Origin: Octopus sinensis
Taxonomy: Eukaryota
Length of the DNA stretch: 64,000 nt
Reading direction: 5' to 3'
NCBI RefSeq assembly: GCF_006345805.1
Contig: NC_042998.1
Coordinates: forward strand, 77,872,001 to 77,936,000
Positions 38,909 through 52,631 of the stretch are shown one piece after another. Within the stretch, counting starts at the first letter, position 1, and each line of letters opens with the position of its first letter. The notes beneath the pieces were generated by a model. It ran no database searches, was not told the origin of the DNA, and saw nothing but the letters and a program-made list of their open reading frames with translations. A program made the translations under genes and the position numbers.

Positions 38909-39263
38909 TGTTTGTATGTATGCATGTATGCATGTATGTATGTATGCATGTATGTATGTCTATGATTGCATGTGTGTGAGTTTTTGTATAAATGTATGTA
39001 TATTTGGGGATGGTCATAATCCTCCCAATTGATCTATATATTTAGTCCTCACTTCAACTCTATTATTATTTTAATTTCGTGTCCATTGCCAGGAAATCGT
39101 TCGTCACACATCCTGTGATCTCTTCAAAGACTCTCCGTCTCACGTGTCTCCACCTGTTCTGTTTAGTTCATTCTGTCTTCCCAGATATAATAATATCTTT
39201 CTAACTACACAATTTCACATCACGAATATTGCAAACCCAAAAAAACATATGTTTATCTGTTAG

Positions 39264-39408
39264 TTAGGAGGGAATGCACTACTTGTTACAGTGCCTCTAT
39301 GGCTATTGCAAAGTACGGGAATCTATACTCAAAAGGTGAACCATTCTCGAATGCTTGTAACAGAGTGGAGCACGCATTGAAGGTGCCAGAAGTAGTGGTA
39401 TTAAACCG
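39264..39408 (+). other. Open 47-codon segment between splice-like signals; hAT (Charlie/Buster)-like transposase relic or an exon
   Basis: Translates RRECTTCYSASMAIAKYGNLYSKGEPFSNACNRVEHALKVPE; spacing fits the SY..S..IAK.GKP.T.GE.F...C motif; followed by gtgagt. Confidence 0.3.
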
Positions 39409-41310
39409 GTGAGTGTAACAATCTCTCCCACTATATAAAATAACGTATCTTGTTTCTTGTTTTGGAGATACAAGAAATTTATTATTTCGTATTTTTGCTA
39501 GTTGATTAAGGCGACATTTTACTATAGCTGCACAGATTACCATTTATTCAAATTGATCGTTTCTTTACATGTAGTTCCTACAGGACATTATTCTGTTTTG
39601 TATCAAGACATTATTCTGTATTGTATCAAAGTGAAAATAGATTTGGAGGCCAATGTCAACTGTTATATTGTAAATGAAAGTATATTCTCATTATTTAAAA
39701 ACATTATTCTTTATTTTACACGTTTTAAGCAATTTAAAGTTATTTAATATATACTCATTTCAAATTAATACTCATTTAAAATATTTATGACTTCACCTTA
39801 TTTCTAGTTAAATGTTATGTGTATATATTTCGTGACAAATTATATCTGAAGTAGAATAGTCGATAAAAGGGTGCCTAGCCGCAGGTGACAAAAGTATAGA
39901 ATTAATCAATTTGATAAATAAATTTCTTGCAAATTCTAATATAGTCATAAATCTGTAACTCTTGACATATTTTCTATTACCCACAATTAACTACAGGATT
40001 ATAACTGTATGTCTTATTAATATTGATACTACTTAGAAGATTAAGAAATGTAAGAGATATTACTGTAAATAAGACGTGTTTATAATCTTATATATAATAG
40101 CAGATAAATGAAAAAAAGTTGTCAATAATAAATTTATCCTTTGCAATTATGATTTGTAAACAAGGAAACGTTTATCAAATAAGTTATTTAAAGTCTTACA
40201 CTTGTATCAGAAGGAGCTGGACACGGGATCATCCATTGATTTTACAGAAACATTGTTCCAAAATATGAATCAAATTACTTTATAGCAATTTTATGAAAAG
40301 CACGTCTTAAATTATATAATTTACGATTCTTAAAATATATATAAATAAAGGGATGATTATAGGAAAAAATAAAACGGAGTTATATTTTTATTTACACCAG
40401 TGAAGATAAAATTGCCTGACCTCGTTTATTTGTATGCGAAATGTTGTAATAATAAAAATAGCAAAATAATGTGTTACAGGAATTCCATCTAGATGAATTA
40501 TTAATGAAGTATCGGGAAGAATATTATATAAATACACTAGATGACACAATGCAGACACAAATGCAAAGATAAAGATGCTTGTTAGCCATGTGGGAAGACG
40601 GTCGGTCGAGATATGACTAAAAGTTTCTATGAATGCATCTTTTGGAGTTAGGTCATGAGATTTTAACAAAAGAAGATAATGAAGCTTTCCATTGTCCAAA
40701 CATTCCAGGGATCATTTCTATTTTCAAATCTTCGTCGGAATTTCATCAATGACCGGCCATACACTTTAATGGATCACGTTGATACAGCTTGTAGACGCAA
40801 AATAATCTGAATAAATTGAATAGGCTAATTTACATAATGTATTGCCTGCATCTATCTCGAAAAGTAATAGTAAATCATAGCAATGAAACCAAACACTATT
40901 GGTACACCAGTGATATATTAATTGCATTCACTGTCATGGATGCGTCATATATGCAATTCGTTCTACATGATTTTTTGTATCGGTAAAGATAGAGAGATTA
41001 ATCAATCTTTGATGAAATCCTAAAGCAAGATTGAAAAAAAGTCGGCTAATGTCCTTTTTCATTTCAGCAATAGAATAATACTTAAACGGAAATTTTGCAC
41101 GTGTGTCAATATATATCACATGGTTAAAATATACATTTATATTCCGTACCATTCTAAAGTATTACAAAAAAACTCTCTGAATAAACTAGCAAATCATTAA
41201 TCCACACGTTTCTTTACAAACACTATGGACCACAAAACACATATGGAGAAACACGCATACATACATACATACATACATACATACATACATACATACATAC
41301 ATACATACTT

Positions 41311-41343
<33 letters not shown>

Positions 41344-41349
41344 CACACG

Positions 41350-41399
<50 letters not shown>

Positions 41400-41404
<5 letters not shown>

Positions 41405-41612
41405 TAATCCTCCAAATATCACGGTTGTTACGTTCTAAAAACTCCGAGATAGGTGAAAATCCGCGAAGTAGAAAGAGTACTGTACTGTTTATATATTTCA
41501 TTATTTTAATAAATTGTATATACTTCTTTTATTATAAGTGCAAAGCAACACCATAGAGGAATAGACGTAAGCTTACATAATAAACCCCGATATGGCGAGT
41601 GATTATTTGCGG
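41400..41612. mobile_element. Tigger/pogo-like MITE, decayed
   Basis: TA-cagtaatcctccaaatatcacgg...gataggtgaaaatccgcgaagtag; degenerate inverted end gatatggcgagtgattat. Confidence 0.55.
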
Positions 41613-42279
41613 GAGCAACTGTTATGTCAAAAACGTATTTTGTTGTACAATTCTCGACATACGAAGTAGAAAAACAGCCAACAACTTATGAAGGGTCATT
41701 TTTCGTGTTGTTTGACCGATAAACAAATAATTGCTTACAATACTGGGCAATGTCAAGGAATGCCATATTTATGTGTATTTAAAAGGTCAGGAAAAGCAAC
41801 TGAGATAAAAGAGTAACTATGCAATTCTAAGTAACAAACCACAATTTAAAATTAACTTCTTATCATTTCAAGGCATTTTTCACTATTAATGTCATGTGTA
41901 ATACAGACTGTCATCGCGGTGTTGTAACTGAACAAAATGATAAAAATAAAAAGTGAATAATATAAAAAGGAAATGGAAAGGTATAATTAAAATGAACATT
42001 AAAAAGAAAGAGTGTTAGATTGTTCAGTAAAGTGAGTGTCAGACGTCTAATAGTAAGCATTAAAAATATTGATAGGACATTGACCAATGACATACGCCTT
42101 ATGGAGAACGTTGACATTTTGGATTGATTGAAAAAAATAAATTAAGAAATAGCAGACAATAAATATTGTCGTTGTTTATCCGAAGCATTACGTTGGACGC
42201 AAGGAAATCGTAAAAAGAGAATTCTATTTCTTATATTTCTTTGTTTATATACGTATTTGTTTGAATATTTATGTATATA

Positions 42280-42323
<44 letters not shown>

Positions 42324-42360
42324 TGTGTGTGTGTGTGTGTGTACATACACAATATATGAT

Positions 42361-42541
42361 AATCGTTAGCCACTACACAAATTTTTTTCTCTCCTTGTGT
42401 TTTTTCTGTGTCCCTTTCTGTAGAAGAGTGTAGGTTCGAAACGTAAAAGACTTTTTCTATTCTTGAGCGTTATACTAATACATCTGTTTGTTTTGTACAT
42501 CACCTGTCTTCGTGTTTTGTGTTTTTTCGTAAAATCTCCCT
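42361..42541 (+). mobile_element. Penelope-like pseudo-LTR with hammerhead-like motif at 42414-42449
   Basis: CUUU-CUGUAGAA-GAGU-GUAG-GUUC-GAAA-CG-UA-AAAG followed by a T-rich tail ending in (TA)n. Confidence 0.6.
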
Positions 42542-42551
42542 ATATATATGT

Positions 42552-42652
<101 letters not shown>

Positions 42653-43120
42653 TATATATATATACAGTGTATATATGAATATATAATACTTATATATACA
42701 TGCATATATACAGTGTTATTTGTTGTGGTCAACCTTCAAGACAGCAGCGGTTTGTTCTACGAAGTTCTGGATATAGTAGAAAAGGACAGAAGAAAATAAA
42801 ACGATAATGAGCTAAGAAGGAAACAAACAAATATTTCATATATCCCGAAAAATCACCTTTGACAGAGCACGTATTCTGCATGAAGAACTTAAGCGTGCTG
42901 GTGTAGTGAATGGGAAAACTTGGTTTACTATGTTTGCAATCGTGTATGCTTGTCACGATCAAGGCCAAGCAGCAGAGCATGTCATTTCCAAAATTCTGGT
43001 TGAGTGAATTGCGTCATGATGTTGTTTTTCTCACAGACGGTGTCCATATATACACATGCATTTATGGGTGACGTCCTATACCCATATATGTATGTAAATA
43101 TATATGTATATATATATATG

Positions 43121-43174
<54 letters not shown>

Positions 43175-43659
43175 TGCGTGTGCACACACACACACACATA
43201 TATATATACATACATTATTTTTATTATTATATGATTGAACGCAACGCATCCATTTCTAAGTAAGTTTATCTTAATCATTTTGATGCGACTCTACTCTATA
43301 CTGTTTTCTCTACCATACTTTTCTCTCTCATCCTTTCTCTAATGACCTTTTTTCTATCCTTCACCGTTTTCTATCTGTCTCTCTCTCTATCCCCACTCCT
43401 TTTCTCTCTCTCTCGTTACTCACACATGAGCATCGTCCATCCTTCTTTTCCGCACGTGATCATCTTTTTTTTTCTTTCAGGACTCTCCGAAGGACGGGAC
43501 TTATCCTATCTCTCTCATCTATCTTTTCTCTTGTCAAGGAAAATATTTCTTCAGCGTTCGCCATTTCACCCTCTAACGACACTCCATGTTTGTTTTCGAT
43601 CGCTTTCCTTGTGTTTCTCAACTGTCCTGTTTTTGATACCAACTTTGATCCTCTATAAA

Positions 43660-43895
43660 TCCAAAATTATATTTTGGTACAAATAGGAGCAACTGTCTTC
43701 GAAGACTCATATTGTTATTCAATGCTCGAAATGAGGAGTAGATAGACAGCCGACAACTGATGAAGGTTCATTCTTTGTTGCATGTCCTATTTTCCAATTG
43801 TTTCTCTCGTTGTTTGCGTATTTAACTCATTTGTTTTTATATTTCCTGTCGTTTACTGTTGGTGACGTCCTGTACCCACATATGCAGGTATATAT
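43660..43895. mobile_element. Pseudo-LTR-like repeat fragment
   Basis: Ends ggtgacgtcctgtacccacatatg (similar to 43067-43090) next to (TA)n; family call from memory only. Confidence 0.4.
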
Positions 43896-44125
43896 GCATA
43901 TATATGTATATATATATGCATATATATTATTTATATTATCATATATATATATATATATATCGAATGTATATATATATATATATAATATAAATACATATAT
44001 ACATATACTTATGTGTGTGTGTTAGAGAGAGAGAGAGAGAGAGAGAGAGTGTGTGTGTGTGTATGTAAGTGTGTACATGTACGTATATGGTAATTTTCAA
44101 ATCATAAATTAACCATATAATCAAT

Positions 44126-45259
44126 ATAGAGGGCGTCGATTTTTTGGGGTTGATTTTTTCAAGATCTCTAACATTCTTTTAACTTTTTCAGAAAAATAAT
44201 GTCAGACATCAGGTTGACTCAGGAAATCAAAAGGCACGCCGTAATGGTTGCCTTCAAAACACAGAATAGTGACACAATGGATGCTCCTTCCTGAAAGTTT
44301 TCCGATCCTTCAAAGTTTGAAAGGAACTGGAATAATTTTATAGGGATGCAACTTCGGCAGCTAAACCAAACTGTCTGCACAGGGTCCTAATACAATCAGA
44401 GAGCATAATTTTGTACCAAATGATCAGGATATAATCTATAAAGTCCCCCACTGAAAGTCAGAGTCACACGCAAAGAGTTTCTGTTTATGTCGAGGTCGGA
44501 TGTAAAAAGGGAGAGTCGTTCGGTTCGTGCTAAACAAGTTACGACATCAAAAGACTGGAATACTTTGGGCCTTCTCCGATGAGATAAAACTTTGATCAAG
44601 ATCATAAGATAAACCGACAGTGCAACATATAGTTATGCTGAGAACCAAATGAGTTTTCCACAGTCATTCATACTACGTTCCCAGCAAATGTGATGCTGCA
44701 GGGTGGCATCAGCAACGAGGAAGATGTCATGCCTCCTCACTATTTTTCACAAGACTTCAGAATCAATGTCCACATGAAGAGGTTGCATAGAGTTGTGAGG
44801 GTCTGGATAGACAGATAGCACAATAGAAGATCGTATGTTTTCGTATAAAACACTGTGACATGCCATATGGCTAGGACAACTCAAACATGGAAGTATACCA
44901 ATTTCTATGATCCTGTTCTCCCCCGAAAATGGCCTCACAGCTCATCAGACTTCAATCCACTGGACTATTACGTTGGGGATGTAATCGACAGAGAGGTTAC
45001 TCAACATCCCCATAACACCAAAAATTTTTCTAATCTGCCATAACCAGTTTTATGTCCAAAAATGATAGAGATCATCTGATTCAGGCATATCAACGCTTCC
45101 AACCCCATATTGAAGCAGCCACTGAATACATGTAAATAAAGATTCTCCAGATTATTCGTACCATTTTCCTTTCAAATACAGCTTTTCTTTTACGAGTTAT
45201 GCGCCTAAATTCATACAAATGACCTCAAAAAAAAAAAAAAAAGTACGGCGCACCCTGTA
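44126..45259 (+). mobile_element. Decayed maT-like Tc1/mariner transposon
   Basis: FSDE.KTFDQDHKINRQ, FPANVML, DVMPPHYF, WPHSSSDFNPLDYYV; right end cggcgcaccctg-TA with degenerate left counterpart at ~44126. Confidence 0.8.
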
Positions 45260-45629
45260 AATTGATTTACCTTAAACTCTATTGACGAAGTAGTACATTA
45301 CGACTACATCCTTTACGAATTCCAGAGTCTATATATAAACGACATTACGAAGAACGAAAAAATATCGATGCACTATGAGAATTACAAAATATAAAAGATT
45401 TCATACAAAATAAACATCATGGTTCAGTTAAATGTGCCATAAAAGCTGCAAATGTTTTCATCGATAATGTTTCCAGTACGTTAATGTCCATTTGAAATGA
45501 ATTTTAAGAAACATGTAAAAATCTCCAAAGTAACGAATGGCTTCATTTGTCTAGCGTTTCTATAATCCACCATATTCCATTCAAAATTGACACTACCTGT
45601 ACCACTACGAATGTGTTAGCAATAATTCA

Positions 45630-45677
<48 letters not shown>

Positions 45678-45716
45678 TATACATACATATATATATATAT
45701 GCATATACATACTTAC

Positions 45717-45749
<33 letters not shown>

Positions 45750-45790
45750 ATATGCATATACATACATATATATATATGCATATACATACT

Positions 45791-45839
<49 letters not shown>

Positions 45840-47109
45840 GCACGTATCTATACGTGTGTATGTATGTGTGCATATACATATATGAACGTATGTATATATG
45901 TATATCTTTCCCTCTTTCTTTCTCTCCATATATGTTTGTCTGTGTGTGCGTGTTTGCGTATGTGTTTGTGTATTATACTGAAAATACGACTGTATACCCT
46001 CTCTGTTTTATCTTGTTTTTCTTTCTCTCTCATGTTTTCGTATGAATTCCTTAGATTTCCTGGAAGCACTAAGGTTCCAAATGCCATCAACAACGTTTAA
46101 TCTCTTTTCCATGATGAAATGGTTTTTGTGTCTCTTAATGCCTGTTCATAGTAAATAGACCCGGTACAACTAGTGTATACAATACACCAGAATGCGGCTT
46201 TTGTTCGGTAGGCTATACGTACTCGTCAGAAATCAGATAATTCATTTGTTTCCAACTATTGTACGCTACCTGTATGTTTATGTTCGTATTGGCTGTATTG
46301 TAAGTACTGATACCATTATTAATCGTCAACTTTCGTAATGAATATTGCAGAACAGGTTATTGGCTAACATCTTTGAAGCTGAGCCAGACAGGAAATATTT
46401 TTTTTTATTTTTGCGCGACAAAGGAAATATAACATGAAACCATGATCGTACAAGGCTATAGAAACAGGTTATTTTGTTTTTGGTTATCAAGAACTTGTTC
46501 TAACCAGGGAATCGTTACGCATTTAATGGCGTAAAAATTGATATACACTTTGTATTACACAGCATGCAGGAAGCAGTTGAGATATTTTAGTTTGGCTGAA
46601 TGAAAGCACTTGTAGCTGTGAGATAAATGTGCAATCAGCAACTTTAAATGCATTTCTCCAAGGATAAGTGAACATTTATGTCACCATCTCCTCCCTTAGA
46701 ATCGATAATTCGTGTAAACAATTTTCATACAGCGTCTCAAATGGTGTTAGTCTCTGTTTCAACATTCATTTAAAAGGTTGAAGACATTTACTGCTTGAAA
46801 TATTACGCCTCAGTGAACTTTTATATACTTACCAAATGAGTACACATTTCTGGTCAGTATAAGAATGAATATTATTATTTTTGTATGCAACGTCATATGT
46901 CCAATAAAGCTGGTGGGCTGTTTATAGCTCTCGGTTTTTAAGTAGCCACCCCCTTTTCTAGGTTATAGTTGAGCATATTCGGACGAAATATGAGAAAATG
47001 AAAAAAAGAAAAAAACTAAACCGAAATTTCAAATATGTTGTAAAAAATATTGTTTAAGTACCTAATGGCCAACAGCAAGACTTGACAGAGGGAACGTAAG
47101 CTAAATTGA

Positions 47110-47600
47110 ATGCGTACAATATCTCAGGATTAAAAGTAAAAACAGAAAATGTGATTTTAACTGCACAAAATCACTGCCAACATAGGAATAAATCCAAATT
47201 TAAAATACTGAAGCCGGAACTAAATTTCAGTGCTGATTATACATCCAGTACAATGAAACGGTTGACTACATCCTTTCCTGTTGCCCAATCTTTCCCAAGT
47301 CTTACTATTTTCACAGAAACGATCTCGTCTACTGTGCAATATACTGACATTTCGACATGAAAAGGTATAAGAAGTGGTATAAACATGTAACAATTAAGGT
47401 ACCTGCCTATCATTTGGCTACCACGATTTGGCATATGCTTACCCAAACTGAGGAAAAGATGAAGTCATGCGTCCAGATATATCATAAAGAACTGGATCGA
47501 AAGTATGTGTTCGCTGATTTACATCGCGATCCCTCTAACAGAAACATCGTCCGATAAGTTTTAGATAATCTGTCAAAATACAAGAACCTAGGATGATAAA
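47110..47600 (+). mobile_element. Highly decayed RLE-type LINE 3' fragment
   Basis: GLKVKTENVILTAQ, knuckle remnant, KKWYKH, NRNIVR/PDI-like region. Confidence 0.6.
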
Positions 47601-47899
47601 ACTATATGAACAAAGGCATAATGTCAGAAAAATGTTACACAGAGTCCGAAAAGGAGACCAGCTGAGAACGGCCCACAGCATACGGAAAGCATTTTGAATC
47701 AAGATAAAAACGCAAACAGTACAGTTATTTACACAACATATACTCTACACATATGTTACACAATGCAATAACATAATTCACATAACACTTTACATGATCA
47801 ATAGACACTGAAAGAGTACTATAGAAACTCCTGCATAACTTAATTAAACACCATCACCTGTCATGTACTTTACACTACTAACGTAATTATTGGTTTCAA

Positions 47900-48110
47900 A
47901 TTTTGGTACAGAGCCAGCAATTTGGTGTGGAAATGGCAAAGTTGGTTACATCGTCCCTACTGTTCAGCTGGTATTTATTTTATCGACCTCAAAATAGGGA
48001 AAGGCACTGTCGACTTTGGCGGAATTCGAACTCTGAACGTGAAGTCGGACGAAATGTTGCAAAGAATTTTGCCCGGTGTACTAACAACTCTGCCGCCTTA
48101 ATGAAATACT
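47900..48110 (-). mobile_element. Diverged SINE
   Basis: gtcgactttggcggaattcgaactc...ctaacaactctgcc is the reverse complement of the SINE head. Confidence 0.65.
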
Positions 48111-48269
48111 AAATCTCGGTAGCGCCGGACAGAACAGTATTTGTATTTGGTAAAAATTAATATAGCGGGGAGAGAAAACTAATATATTTTTTAAAGAAGT
48201 ATCAATAAGTACGAGGGAGAATTAGCATCGGGATTTGGAGAAAATATCAATTAATATTTCACTAAATAA

Positions 48270-48480
48270 AGGTGGTGAGCTGGCAGAATCGTTAGCACAT
48301 CGAGAAAAGTATCGTCTATCTTCACATTTTATGTTAATATTTCACCGAGTTCGACTTTTCCTTTCATTCCCTTTTGGGATCGATAAATTAAGTAACACTT
48401 AAGCACTGGGGTTGACGTAATCGACTTTCCCCCTCCTTCATCGAAATTAGTGGTCTTGTGCCAAAATTTGGAAGCAATAT
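48270..48480 (+). mobile_element. Diverged SINE
   Basis: ggtggtgagctggcagaatcgttagcac...cactggggttgacgtaatcgact. Confidence 0.75.
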
Positions 48481-51400
48481 TTCACTTTATCGAAATGCAT
48501 TCTTTGACATCGATAACAAGTAAGAAAACCAATAAATAAATAAATAACTCAAAACTGAAACTGCCGAGTAATGCATCACTTTGTTATAGAAATTTTATTC
48601 ATTTTTACATTTAGCAAATATGAACAAAGCATTGCAAATAGTCTTATTAATCGCCCAGAGCCGTCTCATTTAAATACAAATACTACGAAATTTTAACGTT
48701 ACAAAACGATTCTGAAATTAAAGGATCCCAGGAAAGGGAAATCTTGCTAAATCACAGTTCGACACGGTGTCAAAGTTTTCGTCGAACTCACTGCAGTGGA
48801 ACTGTGGTGGTGACCAGTGACGAATTATTTAACACCAACTAATGAATATTTGAGTGGATTTAACAGGTTTTTTGTGGTTTTGAATTGCTAATGAGCCTTC
48901 CACGCTGTAATCCTTAAGATTCAACACACCGGCCAGTTTAAATAACTAGTCAGACAAGTACAACGAAACTTTTATCAAGATATAGGTGAAAATATAATCA
49001 TTACAGCACCTTCAGCAAGTGGGTCAAATATTTTGAATGATATGAGTGATATGAGTGTTATGAGTGATGTCATTGCTACAGATGACAATGTACAAAACAC
49101 GTGCATCACTTGAACAGACGTAGAATGCCATATCAACTTCAGCATTATAAGTGACACATTTAATTCACAACTTGAAATCACCAAGCGAAAATGATGCTTT
49201 AAGCATCCGACTGAAATATTTAACACTCTCATATACAGTGCTTGCAAAAATATTTGGTTATGGTTATCTTTTGAGAGAGCCAGATTCGACATATATCTGA
49301 CGCAGCGACCTGAAAACCCTCTTAATTGTCGAAACTAAAGTAACATAATCTGCCTCTTTCCAACATATATCGACATAAGTGCAATAATATTGTTCAGGAA
49401 GAAGGGTTACCTGACACATAAGTCACTTCCGGAAATGTAGAAGGAGTGTTGTAACAAATATAATTCTGATCAGCTAACTGTAATCGTCAGTGGGAGAGGG
49501 AGAATGAGGACTCTAATCACAGCATAACATGTTTTGATAGATTTACAATATTTATTGACTTCAGAAGCGTTCTTAATAAGAAGTGGAATCATTTACAGAC
49601 AGATATATGAATGAATGAATAAATAGCAAACATTTCTACAGTTACGAACAAATTAGGGAACTATTAAAAGGACTTATATTTCTGTGAGAAAAGGAATATA
49701 TTAAGAGATTACTTTTCATTATACCGTTCCTTCCGAACTGAAAACTTGTATATTACTTACAAATATAGGGCAGATGAAATATGTTTTCACTTGAAAATTA
49801 CTATATATTAATAAATTTTGAAGTGCAAATATATCTAGTAAAAACAACGGAAAACAAATCCAAACAGCGACAAAATGGGAAACATGAATCGGTGTTGATT
49901 ACGACTAATATAGCAAGTAAAGAGAACACAACATGAACTATCACGAAACTAAACCATAAACAGAACAAAAATTCATATTAAGTGATAATTAAAGGTCAAA
50001 CACACGACTGCAATAAACACTAAAGGCAGAAGGGTTACACCACATGCGAGATTTGGTATTGTTATATAAAAAAAAGGAGGAAGGAATATTTTAAGAATTG
50101 ATAAGTAATGAAAGAAAAATACGAAATTATATGAGAAGATAGAGAATAATTAAAGCTGTATCTTATAAAAATATGAATCCACCATGGTTTGGATACCGCA
50201 TTCCACAACGATTATCTTCAACTTACCCTTATTTACTTCTTTCAGATACTGAAAATATGACGTTTCGAAATGTCGGAGCAAGGTAGAGTCCACGAGTTGA
50301 CTATTTTTCTTTCAATACAGCATTTGATATATATTGTAAAATTACGCTTATGAAATTCTGCCTCTTGCATTCCATTATGAATCGGTGGTTTTGAAAAGTC
50401 ATAAGGACATTCAGGTATTTAGTGGTCGCTCCGGACCATTTATTTTTACTTGTGCAATTATTAACCGTCTATATTGTGCTACAAAGTCAACAACGAACTA
50501 GTGCTCACTAGTATTTACTGCTTTTGATTCTTGCACTAGTCTTTCACTGCTCCATCCTCCGTAAGCAGGTATTTCGTGCAAAATCTCAGCATGTTTTCTT
50601 TTCTATACTCAATATGGAATCAGTAGTTTGGTCTATTTGTTTTCTTGGGGACACAGGAAAATCTCCTCTTTCAGTATGTGATACATATCTTCATATGCTC
50701 AATCCCGAGTAGATTCTTCTACCAAAGAAGTGATGGTCAGAACTATGTCTTGTGGTTGTTACTGAGGTGATCTTAAAGTTCAGCATGGAAGGTAGATGCT
50801 CCAGCTGTTACATATGTGAAAGCAATATCAATCTCAAAGCTTCTCCATAGAAAATTCAAATGAACACAAACAATAACTATAAACTATGAAGTTTGGGCGG
50901 GTTGGGGCTGCATCAGGTACTTCTTGCGAATCAGGAAGTGAAATTGCTTCGCTTTCGAAACCAAAACGTAGCCGTGAAATCTAAGTCACAACAGGTGAAA
51001 ACAAAGTGAGTTACTCATAACAAAAACGGCAGCTAGCAATAAGCAAGAAAATATTCCTTCAGAGCCACACCAACCCACCCACTTTTGAGGAAGGGTGCCC
51101 GACAGAGGCCAATAAGGAAGAAAAGATTTACTTAGTAATTAAAATAGAATAAAAGCGAAAATTTATCCAACGGCAAAATAAAGCTATAAAAGGCGAGACG
51201 AGATACACTTGACGCAAGGAAAAACTAAAAAAGAAACATTCTCTGCTGTGAAAGAACTCGTACCTTATGAAGGAAAACCCTCATAATACTTCGTAAAGAA
51301 AAGAGAGCTCTATGAAAATTATTATACGATATACACACATAGAGAAAGAATAGGATTACAGTTTAAACTGTTTAAAAATACAGGAAAACACTTCAAATTT

Positions 51401-51763
51401 GAGATATATTTCAAAGGTCCAGAAGATGTGGCTCTCTTTTGCCCACTATAACACAGAAACTTCTCAAAAATGTTTACATTCTCTAATTCTGAGCAACAGA
51501 CGAATCTAGCATGGTGAATGCATAGTCAGGAAATGTTAGCTAACCTGATTGAGAAAACAAACAATTTAATTTTTATATAAATATCTCGTTTTCATTCTGA
51601 TTTTTTTACAATTTGAAAATTAATTTCCGCATAAATTATGTGCTTTATAATTTTTTGAATATGGTAACCTTTATATTCTATAGCGTATTTAATCTAAACC
51701 TATACAGCACTGTTAGCTCCCTCTTTAACTTGACTTTGTATTACCTGTATCTCTCTGAGCCCT

Positions 51764-51920
51764 TGGGACTAACGCATATCCGAGTGCTATGATTATTGCT
51801 GCTGTGGTTGTTATTACTACGGTTCCTCATCTTTTTATTCTCTTTTGTTTACTTTCGCTTGTCATCCACATTATCATCATCAACAACAACAACGTGATAA
51901 TAATGATAATAGTAATATAG

Positions 51921-51985
<65 letters not shown>

Positions 51986-52071
51986 TATGATGATGGTGAT
52001 GATGATGATGATAATAATAATAAGTAATCAGTATATAATAATAATGATAATAATGATAATAATAATAATAA

Positions 52072-52122
<51 letters not shown>

Positions 52123-52421
52123 TATTTTATTATTATTATTATTATTAGTTTTTATTTTTATAGCGTGCTTTCACTTCACTACCGAGCGCAGCTCTGTGTG
52201 CCTTGGGTATGTGCTGTGAGTTGTTGTGATGCTCTGATGGTTATTGTATGGAAAGTGTTCTGCGTAGGATGTGTGCAGTGCCTAGTAGTGCAATTTTCTG
52301 TATGTTATATGTGTTTGTAAGTCCTGGTGTTTTTGTTATGTATTTGTCTGAATATTTTTTTATCATGCCTAATTATTATTATTATTATTATTTTTATTTA
52401 TAATTATTTTTATCAGGCCTA

Positions 52422-52474
<53 letters not shown>

Positions 52475-52631
52475 CTATATTACTATTATCATTATTATCA
52501 CGTTGTTGTTGTTGATGATGATAATGTGGATGACAAGCGAAAGTAAACAAAAGAGAATAAAAAGATGAGGAACCGTAGTAATAACAACCACAGCAGCAAT
52601 AATCATAGCACTCGGATATGCGTTAGTCCCA
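51764..52631. repeat. Perfect ~160-bp inverted repeat plus (AAT)n arms enclosing a LINE tail
   Basis: 51764-~51925 and ~52470-52631 are exact reverse complements by eye. Confidence 0.92.
52073..52360 (-). mobile_element. Very short 3' end of an RLE-type LINE with (AAT)n tail
   Basis: KYITKTPGLTNTYNIQKIALLGTAHILRRTLSIQ* (stop 52241-52243), short 3' UTR, AAT tail. Confidence 0.88.

Noticed and set aside
42820-43000. Open frame ...FDRARILHEELKRAGVVNGKTWF...
   Set aside because: No start, no convincing splice sites and no recognised family.
43755-43790. CUGAUGA at ~43758 (also ~13697)
   Set aside because: No downstream GAAA or stems.
50520-50860. Possible decayed LINE 3' end on the minus strand
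   Set aside because: Motifs too eroded to assign by eye.
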